Below the pieces are notes generated by a model that worked only from the letters and a program-made list of their open reading frames with translations, was not told the origin of the DNA and ran no database searches. Of a stretch of 39,824 nucleotides of DNA, positions 1 to 8,900 are shown piece by piece. The DNA comes from Elusimicrobiota bacterium (lineage in GTDB: Bacteria > Elusimicrobiota > Elusimicrobia > F11): contig JBJXGI010000010.1 in the NCBI GenBank assembly GCA_046153645.1, positions 1-39,824 of the forward strand, written 5' to 3'. The first letter of the stretch is position 1, and each line of letters begins with the position of its first letter. The position numbers and the translations under genes are program-made.

Positions 1-187
1 CGGAAATAATGTCCATTCTCTCTCCTTCTTCGGTTTTGAAATGATATTGCCCAGGTCGGATTGCGCCAATGGTTTGGCGTTTTCCATCTTTAGAAAGAAT
101 TGTATGACTCACCACGCCACCATCAAAATAAATATTCGCTTTTAATTTAATCGATACCTCATATAATTTTATTGGTAGTTCACCCAT
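1..187 (-). CDS. ppnP: Pyrimidine/purine nucleoside phosphorylase PpnP (DUF1255), truncated by the window edge
   Basis: Not in the ORF track. Manual translation from ATG at 187 gives MGELPIKLYEVSIKLKANIYFDGGVVSHTILSKDGKRQTIGAIRPGQYHFKTEEGERMDIIS. The KANxYFDG..SH...G...PG.Y.F.T...E.M pattern is characteristic of PpnP/YaiE. An AAGGAG SD lies upstream. Confidence 0.85.
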   Translation of the reverse strand, partial: MGELPIKLYEVSIKLKANIYFDGGVVSHTILSKDGKRQTIGAIRPGQYHFKTEEGERMDIIS

Positions 188-220
188 ATTATCTCCTTAA
201 TACTTTTCACTAATAGACAT

Positions 221-1717
221 TTACCCTGAAATAAGTGTTTCCGCTGTTTTTAAAATATCGAGGAACTCTTCAGATGATTTTGCTTTGCTTAGTTTTTTAA
301 AGAGTGATTCATTTGAAGCCAAAAGCGCAATACGTGAGAGAATCTTAAGCTGTTGAATGGGAATAGATGACGACGTTAAAATTAAGAAAATAAGTTTGAT
401 CGGTTGTTTATCGTGAGCCGCCGCAAAAGAAATTGGTTTTTGACATTGGCCAACCAGAATAATAGGTCGATCAAGTGAAATTCTGGCATGAGGCAGAGCC
501 ACTCCTTTGGCCACGGGTGTGGGTATTTTCATTTCTCTTTCTTCTAGTGCTTTTGTGATGTAAGCCTTACTAATTGCAGGGTGAATTTTTTGCAATCGAT
601 CAACGAGAATTTTTACTGCTTCTGATAATGACTCTGTTTTTATCCCGACCTCAATATATTGTGGAGTTAAAAAGCTGTGGATGGACCACGCTTGGGGAAT
701 ATCATATTCATCATGAATCTCTCCAATCAATTCTTCTAAGATGTCTTCCATTGTTACAAGTCCAATAATTTTTTCATTGGAATCTTTTACCAACGCCAGA
801 TGACGGCCTTGTTGAGTCATAAGTTTAAAGATGTTTTTAACCAAATCATTTTCATGGGCCCAAAAAACGGGACGGAGGAATGAAGATAAATCAACAGGGT
901 TTGGGTTCATCCCGAAATCTTTGATATGAACATATCCCACGGCATGAGTTAAATCTGGATTTCCAACAGGGAATCGGGAAAGGCGCGAAGTTTCAATGAT
1001 GGCCTTATTTTCTGACCAATTTTTCTGCAACGACAAAAATTGAATTTTTTCTTTTGGAATCATGGCTTCTCGAACTTTCATGTCAGCAAAATCAAATAGG
1101 TTTTCAATAATGAAAAGTTGATCCAGCGGAATAAGCCCTTTTTCTTGGGATGCGTTTAAAATAATACGAACTTCTTCTTCTGTAAAAACCTGTTCATGCT
1201 CTCCTGTAGGGGGAAACCCCAGAAGTTTCGAGATAAACACAAAACTTTTCGTCATAACCCAAATAGGAAATCGAAAAACTTTTGAAAAAATTTCAAAAGG
1301 AATGGCCACCAACAGTGCCACTCTTTCGGCTTGGTGTATGGCAATAGATCGAGGGACAAGTTCTGCAAAAACAATTTGAAAATACGTGATTAGAATAAAA
1401 GCGAAAATGGTGTTAATCCCGCGGCTATAAGGTATAAGCCATTCAGGTAAGGGCAGAATTTTTTGTATTGACCCTGCTACCAAGGGTTCTCCTATCCATC
1501 CAAGCCCCAGTGTGCAAATAGTAATTCCAAGCTGAATGGCGGATAAATATTTATCTAGGTTTTTGAGCATGTGAAATACTAGCTGTGGACGGCGGTGTCC
1601 TTGAGACATCATAAGTTCAAGGCGCGCTGGTTGGACTCTCACTAAAGAAAACTCCGTCAAAACAAAAAAGACATTGGCGACAAGTAGAATGAGAGCTACG
1701 ATAAGTTCAAAAGTCAT
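221..1717 (-). CDS. CNNM/DUF21-CBS hemolysin-like (CorC/TlyC family) membrane protein with a C-terminal PTS EIIA-like domain
   Basis: N-terminal FFVxxEFSLV, QLGIT..LGLGWIGEP and ELVPRSIA motifs (CNNM); CBS pair (SRFPV, GLVTMEDILEELIGEI); C-terminal ERE..PT....GVALPHAR typical of EIIA(Ntr/Fru). Confidence 0.85.
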   Translation of the reverse strand: MTFELIVALILLVANVFFVLTEFSLVRVQPARLELMMSQGHRRPQLVFHMLKNLDKYLSAIQLGITICTLGLGWIGEPLVAGSIQKILPLPEWLIPYSRGINTIFAFILITYFQIVFAELVPRSIAIHQAERVALLVAIPFEIFSKVFRFPIWVMTKSFVFISKLLGFPPTGEHEQVFTEEEVRIILNASQEKGLIPLDQLFIIENLFDFADMKVREAMIPKEKIQFLSLQKNWSENKAIIETSRLSRFPVGNPDLTHAVGYVHIKDFGMNPNPVDLSSFLRPVFWAHENDLVKNIFKLMTQQGRHLALVKDSNEKIIGLVTMEDILEELIGEIHDEYDIPQAWSIHSFLTPQYIEVGIKTESLSEAVKILVDRLQKIHPAISKAYITKALEEREMKIPTPVAKGVALPHARISLDRPIILVGQCQKPISFAAAHDKQPIKLIFLILTSSSIPIQQLKILSRIALLASNESLFKKLSKAKSSEEFLDILKTAETLISG

Positions 1718-1759
1718 AGATTGATGTTAGTACAGTCGAAGCAGGTTGTTCAGAAAAAA

Positions 1760-2530
1760 TTACGATTGAGGAACCAATTCTTTATTTTTTCTATTGGTAA
1801 ACCAACTCACAAAAAGCCAAACAACAGGCACTATAACCAATAGATAAGTTAAAAGCTGACCATAAAAACCTTCAGGACCAAAAGGTTCTGTGGCATCATG
1901 CCAGGCTTGACTTAAACCTAAAACCCCAGCTTCAGTGAGTTCGTGAAAAGCATAAAGAATGAGTTGGATAACAAAGATAAACAAGAAGACCGCCGTGACT
2001 TGAAGAAACCGAGCAAGATTAATTTTGTGGCCATGTTTAGCCCAAAACCAAGCAATACTGGCTGCTGCTAAAATTCCAAGCGCGCATCCAAGAACAAGTT
2101 TCCATGCTTGCATTTGGAAAATGAGTGCATTGAGTAAGAGAGCTGTTTCCATTCCTTCTCTTGTAATCATAAGTGTTGTGAACCCAAAAACACCTAACCA
2201 AGCAGACAGGCCTGTTTTTTCAGTAGAATTTTTTAACCCTTTTTCAATATCTCGTTTAATAAAACGAGCTGTTTTCCACATGTGAATAGTCATCGTTCCT
2301 ACTAAAATAGCAGCCACCAAGGCCAAAAGACCTTCCCATAACGCTTGGTTAGAGGCTCGGTTCAAAAGAACGCCCGCCACAATACTTAAGAAAATAGAGA
2401 ACACAATCCCCGCTTTCACCGCTGGAATTAAACGAATAAGATTGGCTTTTTTAAGATAAGAAAGACTAATAGCAATAATAAGGAAAGATTCTAGGCCTTC
2501 TCGAAAAGTGATCATGAATGATTGAAACAT
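1760..2530 (-). CDS. FTR1/EfeU-family high-affinity iron permease
   Basis: Two RExxE motifs (REGLE, REGME), about 7 hydrophobic segments, AAGGAG SD. Confidence 0.9.
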   Translation of the reverse strand: MFQSFMITFREGLESFLIIAISLSYLKKANLIRLIPAVKAGIVFSIFLSIVAGVLLNRASNQALWEGLLALVAAILVGTMTIHMWKTARFIKRDIEKGLKNSTEKTGLSAWLGVFGFTTLMITREGMETALLLNALIFQMQAWKLVLGCALGILAAASIAWFWAKHGHKINLARFLQVTAVFLFIFVIQLILYAFHELTEAGVLGLSQAWHDATEPFGPEGFYGQLLTYLLVIVPVVWLFVSWFTNRKNKELVPQS

Positions 2531-2552
2531 AAAATATACTCCTTAATCTTGT

Positions 2553-2585
2553 TGAAATTATATTTCATCTTAATAAAAACTTCAA
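2553..2585 (-). promoter_or_regulatory. Sigma70 promoter of the FTR1 gene with an overlapping Fur-like inverted repeat
   Basis: Minus strand TTGAAG-17 bp-TATAAT. TGAAAT-tat-ATTTCA (2553-2567) overlaps the -10. Confidence 0.55.
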
Positions 2586-2601
2586 TTAAAAAAATGATTG
2601 A

Positions 2602-3291
2602 TTAACAACAACCGTGAGAAGAAGGGTCTTTGGAAACACAGCGTATTTGTTGATAAAAAAAAGCTCCAGTAAACGCGCCTAAAATAGGGGCCAGCCAATA
2701 AATATAGTGCCCATTCCAATGGCCAGAAATAAGAGCCGGCCCAAAAGAACGGGCTGGGTTCATGGAAGCGCCTGAAATAGGTCCAGCAAAGATGGCCAGT
2801 AACGATACCGTGCCACCAATGGCAACACCGGCCATGACGCCTTCTGCCCTGTGATCAGTGGCCACACCCATAATAACGAACATAAGTAATAACGTTGAGA
2901 AATATTCCAACCAAAACGCTTGGGCCTGAGAAAATGCGGGAACAGTGGCCCCTAAATTCGAAAAAGTGGGGTTAAAAATAAATTTAATTGTTAATGATGC
3001 CAAGGTTGCTCCTAAAATTTGAGCCAAAATGTAGAGAGGAGTTTCTCTCCAGGGGAATTTTTTGGTCAAAGCAAAAGATAAGGTGACCGCTGGGTTCATA
3101 TGGGCGCCTGAAATGTGGCCCACCGTGTAAATCATTGCCAGAACAATAAATCCAAAAACCAAGCTAACGCTCAGTGTATTTAACTTTATAGGCGCAAGCT
3201 CATTAACGATAATTGATCCTGTGCCTACAAAAACCAGAAAGAAGGTGGCTAAAAACTCCGCCAAATATTTTTGAAGTTTAGCGGGAAGCAT
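2602..3291 (-). CDS. MIP-family aquaglyceroporin, probable arsenite channel (AqpS-like)
   Basis: Two NPA boxes (SGAHMNPAV, GASMNPARS); third gene of the arsR-arsC operon. Confidence 0.9.
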   Translation of the reverse strand: MLPAKLQKYLAEFLATFFLVFVGTGSIIVNELAPIKLNTLSVSLVFGFIVLAMIYTVGHISGAHMNPAVTLSFALTKKFPWRETPLYILAQILGATLASLTIKFIFNPTFSNLGATVPAFSQAQAFWLEYFSTLLLMFVIMGVATDHRAEGVMAGVAIGGTVSLLAIFAGPISGASMNPARSFGPALISGHWNGHYIYWLAPILGAFTGAFFYQQIRCVSKDPSSHGCC

Positions 3292-3673
3292 CTTCTATGA
3301 GTGCCAAAACTTTTTTTTCAATTTGATCTCGAATTTCACGGAAACCATCATCTGGGAGATGCTTGGGGTCGGAAATACCCCAATCTTCTTTGAGTCGGGA
3401 AGGCACAAAAGGGCACGCGTCTCCACAGCCCATGGTGATTACATAATCCCACGGTGTATTGGAAAATTCTTGAAGTCCTTTTGAATTGTGGACTGATAAA
3501 TCAATTTCTTTTTCTTTCATGAATTGAATAGCGCGAGGGTTGACCACGCCAGATGGTTTAGAGCCCGAGCTATAGGCGTTTAAAACATGCGCTCCCCATT
3601 TTTTGGCAAAACCTTCAGCCATTTGACTGCGGCAAGAATTTTCTATGCAAACAAATAAAACGTTCTTTTTCAT
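3278..3673 (-). CDS. arsC: Arsenate reductase, LMW-PTPase fold
   Basis: P-loop CIENSCRSQMAEG, the TMGCGDACP redox loop and DWGISDP. Confidence 0.9.
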   Translation of the reverse strand: MKKNVLFVCIENSCRSQMAEGFAKKWGAHVLNAYSSGSKPSGVVNPRAIQFMKEKEIDLSVHNSKGLQEFSNTPWDYVITMGCGDACPFVPSRLKEDWGISDPKHLPDDGFREIRDQIEKKVLALIEDASR

Positions 3674-3682
3674 TATTTCTCC

Positions 3683-4033
3683 TTATCGACAACGAGCTAA
3701 ATTTTTTTGTGTGGATAGTTTGTTAAAAGTGTAAGTGTCTTTTTTGAATTGGGGGAAATCTCCAAAACATTCCGCCGCGCAGCTAATTAATAGTTGAGTG
3801 AGTCGATTTCTGGGTTTAGCCAAGGAATAATAAATCCAAAGTCCTTCTTTATGATATTCAACCAATCCCGATTTTTTTAAGGTTGCCAAGTGGCGGGACA
3901 CACGTGCCTGGGGAATGCGCAGCGAATCAACCAGGTCGCAAACGCACACACGCCTTTTTTTAAGAAGGTGCAATATTCGAAGGCGATTGGAATCAGCGAA
4001 AGCTTTAAAAATGGTTTCTGGTCGATAATTCAT
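3683..4033 (-). CDS. arsR: ArsR/SmtB family repressor
   Basis: FKAFAD.NRLRIL, CVCDL arsenite-binding box, VSRHL..LK..GLV wHTH. Confidence 0.9.
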   Translation of the reverse strand: MNYRPETIFKAFADSNRLRILHLLKKRRVCVCDLVDSLRIPQARVSRHLATLKKSGLVEYHKEGLWIYYSLAKPRNRLTQLLISCAAECFGDFPQFKKDTYTFNKLSTQKNLARCR

Positions 4034-4075
4034 ATTCGTTTTAACGAATATAGTAAAGCAGTGTGTTTAAATCAA
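4032..4075 (-). promoter_or_regulatory. ars promoter with a probable ArsR operator
   Basis: Minus strand TTGATT-17 bp-TATATT. A perfect 9-2-9 inverted repeat ATATTCGTT-tt-AACGAATAT (4032-4051) covers the -10 and the start codon. Confidence 0.75.
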
Positions 4076-4128
4076 TATGTAAATTCCTCGCCACGTTTTT
4101 TCAGTGGAGGAAGAACAGTTACTAGAAA

Positions 4129-5385
4129 ATGTATTATGAATCCTCATCACAAAAATTTATGGAACCTAAAAATGTATTTCAAATAGAACGTTTTCCTGTT
4201 TGGTTGGCCAGTCGTTTTTTATCCAATATGGGAAAACAAATGATGGCGCTGATTATTGCTTGGCAGGTCTACGAGATTTCTAAAGCACCTTTGGCCTTGG
4301 GACTGGTGGGGTTATCAGAGGCCTTGCCTTATATGCTCTTGGCGTTATGGGCCGGTCATTTTATTGATCGAACGAGTCGTCGGGCGGTTCTTATTTGGTC
4401 AAAAGCAGGGTTTTTTTTCTGCAGTCTTATCTTATTGGGAATGACTTATTTCGGTGTTCCTCGTTTGTGGCTCATATTTCTTGAATTGGCCATTTTTGGA
4501 GCCATGGAAAGCTTTGAAACAGTAGCGGCCAGCGCTTATATTCAAACGTTATCTCCGAAAAAACTTTTCCCTCGGGTGGCGGCTTGGAATTTATCTCTTT
4601 TTATGACGGCCATGATTGTAGGGCCTGTGTTAGCTGGTTGGTTTATTAAAGTTTCTGGTCCTTTATTGGCTTACTCTGTTGCTTCTGGTTTTTTCTTTTG
4701 TTCTGTTCTTATGAGTATGCAGCTTAAAAAAGTAGAAGTGCTTCCCGCACCCATGGGTGATCATAACGACCCAGCCTTGGTTCGAATTAAAGAAGGGCTT
4801 AAATTTATTAAGTCAAAACCTCTTATGTTTGCCTCAATGAGTTTAGATATGTTTGCGGTTTTGTTTGGCGGAGTGGTGGCGCTTTTCCCTATCTTTGCAG
4901 ATAAGATGGGAGTGGGGCCTGTGGGACTTGGAATGTTGCGCGCTTCTCCAGCGATTGGGTCTTTGGCCATGGCGCTTTTACAAGCGCTTCATTTACCCAT
5001 TAAACCCAGTTGGAAGTTATTGGTGTGGTCGGTTGTTATTTTTGGAATTTGTATTTTGGGTTTTGGAATTTCAACTAATTTTTATTTATCTCTTTTTTTG
5101 ATGGTCGTTAGTGGTTCGGTAGATAGTTTAAGCGTTATTACACGTTCAACCATTATGCAGGTTCTAACTCCCGATCATTTAAGAGGTCGGGTTTCTTCTG
5201 TTGGCGGAATTTTTATTCGAACTTCTAATGAAATCGGGGCGTTTGAGTCTGGGCTGGCCGCAAAACTGATAGGAACTGTTCCCTCGGTTATTTTTGGAGG
5301 AAGTATGACTTTGGTGATTGCGGGGTTATGGGCTTATTGGTTTAGAAAAATGGACACCAGCGCCTTAGATAATGCTCAGTCATAA
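4129..5385 (+). CDS. MFS transporter (DHA3/MFS_3 efflux type); start may be 4159
   Basis: About 12 TM; GxxxDRxxRR motif A; DMFAVLFGG and TPDHLRGRV motifs. Confidence 0.85.
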   Translation: MYYESSSQKFMEPKNVFQIERFPVWLASRFLSNMGKQMMALIIAWQVYEISKAPLALGLVGLSEALPYMLLALWAGHFIDRTSRRAVLIWSKAGFFFCSLILLGMTYFGVPRLWLIFLELAIFGAMESFETVAASAYIQTLSPKKLFPRVAAWNLSLFMTAMIVGPVLAGWFIKVSGPLLAYSVASGFFFCSVLMSMQLKKVEVLPAPMGDHNDPALVRIKEGLKFIKSKPLMFASMSLDMFAVLFGGVVALFPIFADKMGVGPVGLGMLRASPAIGSLAMALLQALHLPIKPSWKLLVWSVVIFGICILGFGISTNFYLSLFLMVVSGSVDSLSVITRSTIMQVLTPDHLRGRVSSVGGIFIRTSNEIGAFESGLAAKLIGTVPSVIFGGSMTLVIAGLWAYWFRKMDTSALDNAQS

Positions 5386-5400
5386 TCACGGGAGATATTT

Positions 5401-5892
5401 ATGAAAAACGCCAAAGTTTTTTTCTTCAAATTAGTTTTGATGTTGTTTATGTCAGTGAGTGTCGGATTTTCAGTTGAGAAAAAAGGAGGGCTGGTAAAAA
5501 TTATGAAATCAAATGAAGAATGGAAAAAGATTTTAACCCCACAGCAATATGAGGTTTTAAGAGAGAAGGGAACTGAGCGCGCTTTTACAGGTGAATACGT
5601 GAATAATCACGACAATGGAGTATACAAATGCGCTGCTTGCGACTTAGAGCTATTTGATTCAAAAACCAAGTTTGAGTCTGGCACGGGTTGGCCCAGTTTT
5701 TATGAGCCTGTTAAAAAAGAATTTGTTGGTGAGGTTTCTGACAATAGTTTTTTTATGAAAAGAACCGAAGTGGTTTGCCAGCGTTGTGGGGGGCATTTGG
5801 GGCATGTATTTAATGATGGGCCTAAACCAACCGGGCTTCGTTATTGCATTAACTCTGTTTCCCTAAAATTTGATAAAAAACCTGAAAAATAG
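5401..5892 (+). CDS. msrB: Peptide methionine-(R)-sulfoxide reductase with an N-terminal signal peptide
   Basis: GTERAFTG, two Cxx[32 protein letters not shown]. Confidence 0.95.
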   Translation: MKNAKVFFFKLVLMLFMSVSVGFSVEKKGGLVKIMKSNEEWKKILTPQQYEVLREKGTERAFTGEYVNNHDNGVYKCAACDLELFDSKTKFESGTGWPSFYEPVKKEFVGEVSDNSFFMKRTEVVCQRCGGHLGHVFNDGPKPTGLRYCINSVSLKFDKKPEK

Positions 5893-5970
5893 AGCCGAAT
5901 TTTTGTTACCAAAATGTTACTTTAATTTAAGGAAACCTTAATCTCGATTCGATATCCTTTGTTTATCAAA

Positions 5971-8900
5971 ATGGATATCGCGACTTTTAAAAATAAATTT
6001 ACCGCTTTTTTGGGCGTTCTTTTTTTCTTCCAAAATACGCTTTTAGCGCATGTTTCAACCCAAGAATTATGGGAGAAACGGCGGTTTCATTTAAATTTCT
6101 CTAAAGATTTTTCTTCTAAGGCGCCTCTTTCACTTCCCAAAATAACCAAAACGTTTTCCAGCCAAGCTGGAATCTCAGAAATATTTAAAACCATTCCTTC
6201 TGCTTGGGGGCGTATCAAAAAAGAAAATCAATATCATTTTGGTAGAGATTTGAATTTCATTTTGCATGTTCAAGATATTCACCAAAACAGGGAAGCGCAA
6301 AAAAACATTGCGGCACTGGTTGAAAGATTGGTTGACCATCAATCTGTTGATCTCATTGCTCTTGAAGGAGAGTTTGGAGAAATGAGACTGGGCGCCTTGA
6401 AAAAGTTTCCTCGGCAGCAGTCGATTCAAGTGGCTAAGAGTTATTTGTTTAAAAACAACCGAATCACTGGTCCTGTGGCGGCGCTTCTTTCTTCAAAAAG
6501 TAATTTGCCTCCCATCATTGGAATTGATGATAAAGAACTTTATGAATTAAATGTTCAGGCTTACCGCAACTCGCTTCAATTCCAGGAGTTGAATTTAAGA
6601 GAACTTGCCGAAGACGAGAAAAAGTTGCTTTTTAAAGAAAATAATATTGAGAATAAAAAATTACTTAGCTTTTATCACGCATCTCAGTCCTATCACAGAA
6701 ACAAAAGTTCATTGAGCGATTTCGTATTTAATTTTTCTCAAGCTGATGTTAAAAATAAAAAAAGCCTGTCGAATTTAAGACAATCCATTGAGCTTGAAAG
6801 ATCCATTCATTTTCCAAAAGCGGAAGAAGAACGAAATGTTTTTATCCAAATATTGGCGCGTAAACTATCTCAAGAAAAATTAAATGAGCTTTTGAGTACA
6901 AGTGCCGATTTTAAATTGGGAAAAATGACTGAAAAAGATTTTTATGACTTTGTTGTTCAGTTGGGACGTGAAAATAATATTGATCTAAAGACCTTTAAAG
7001 AATTTGGCCACTATCTTCAATATGTGGCGCTTTATCAAACACTTGATATAGATGAAACCTTGAAAGAATTAACTGAGCTTGAGACTGAAATTTATCAATT
7101 GCTTATTAAAAATAAGAGAGAAGCTGAATTTGTTAAAGAATCGCAACGCTTGTGGCTGAGTGAAAAACTTGTGAAGTTTTCTTTAACGAGAGAAGAGTGG
7201 GACAAATATAAGGAAACCCCTCACCCTAACCCTCTTCCTGATGGGAGAGGGGATAAGAGTTTCCCTCTACGAAGTGGGGGGGCTAGGGGGGGTAAATTAA
7301 GGCCCTTTGAGGAATTTTACCGATTGGCTGAATTGCGCGATCAAAAAATGGCGGATAACTTAGAGGAAGCCAGGCAAAAATATAAATCCAAGCGCGTTTT
7401 ACTTATTACCGGTGGTTTTCATTCAAACGGCATAAAAAATCATTTTGTAAAAAAACATGAAAATATCTTTAGTTTTATTCCTCGTATTACCAAAATAGAA
7501 AAAGAAGTATCTTCTTACCTCACTTTATTTGCGCAAGAAAAAACATCACTAGACGACTTGTTCGAAGGCAGAGTGCTCTTTTTGTCCCCACGTGTTATGC
7601 CCAGCGCCAATGGAATGGCTGCGGTTGTGACCTTGGCAGATCAAACACTTTTTCCTCAAGTTCCTGCAAAAGAATCTTGGACTCAATCAGGAGGAGAGTC
7701 GGTTGAAAATGTGTCCAGCCATCAAGAAGGAAATCAGATGACGTTGGATGTCACAGGTGCTCGTCAGGGGATAAAGTTAACGGCTCAATTGGGCGGTTTA
7801 AATGATTCGTCTATAAGAATTGAATCTGTTCGCTTGGAAAAGGTTAATGTTCTTTCCTCCGGGATTATTTTTCCTTTTTTAGAGGCGTTTATTCGCTGGG
7901 GTTTGGTTGTTACCCTTTCTGTTGATCCCTTTTTATCACTGGTCATTATTTTTCCACTGGTACATGTTCTCATGCATGCGTTGAGAGATATACAAGAAGT
8001 AGGAATAAAAGGTTTTATTCGTCGTATCCCTCAGCGGTTTTTCGTGTCGGCTTTTTTTGGTTTATTTTCAGCGCTTATACTTTTCAGTTGTGATATTTCT
8101 CTAATATCCGTACTTGTTATTGTCCCTGATTTTTTCCTGCATAGTCTTTACAATCTGAAATTGAGATTTTGGTTAGACAAGTGGACTGGAATTCAGTGGT
8201 TAGAAATGAGCGTCAATCCACAAGGTGATGTTAAACGAAAAGAATTGATGACTGCTATTCAAAATATATTGTCAGGCATTCCAGGAGTTAATGTAAGACG
8301 CGCCAAAGGATTTGATTTAACGCATATGCAAATTATGGCCATTGATAACGTTAATAAATTCAAGAAACATCTTAATAGTATAGGAAAGGTTCAAGAAGGA
8401 ATTGTTTTAGAAATTTATGATTCAATTCAATTATATCGAGAATCATTTATGCCCAAACTTCCAGAAAAACCATCTTTTGAGTTAGGAAAAATTACCATAT
8501 CTAATTGGCCCCAATCACTGGGACTCGGGTTTGTTCCTCAAAAAGATTGGCATCGAGCTCGACAAGCAACAATTGAAATTGATAGGGCGCTAACTCAGTT
8601 ACCAAAAGGTGCGGAATCATTGGAAGAAATTTATCTTCAAATAGAACCTTTTAATTTAGATCAAGGCTTTAACGATGAAAATGTGGCAGAGCTTTTATCC
8701 ATGATTAACCTAGAAAAACGGATAGGGTTAAATTTATTGAAAGCTATAACACAAAAAGAAAAAATTCCAGAAACAGAGGTGTTAGAGGCACTTAAAGACA
8801 AAGAAAAATTGAAGCAACTCATTATTCGCCTACAACCTTATCGAAAGTGGGCAGAAAAAACCATAAACGAATATATTACTTTCGCCATGAAACATCATTG

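Noticed and set aside
3890..4186. 98-aa plus-strand ORF spanning arsR and the MFS start
   Set aside because: It overlaps two credible genes and the ars promoter/operator.
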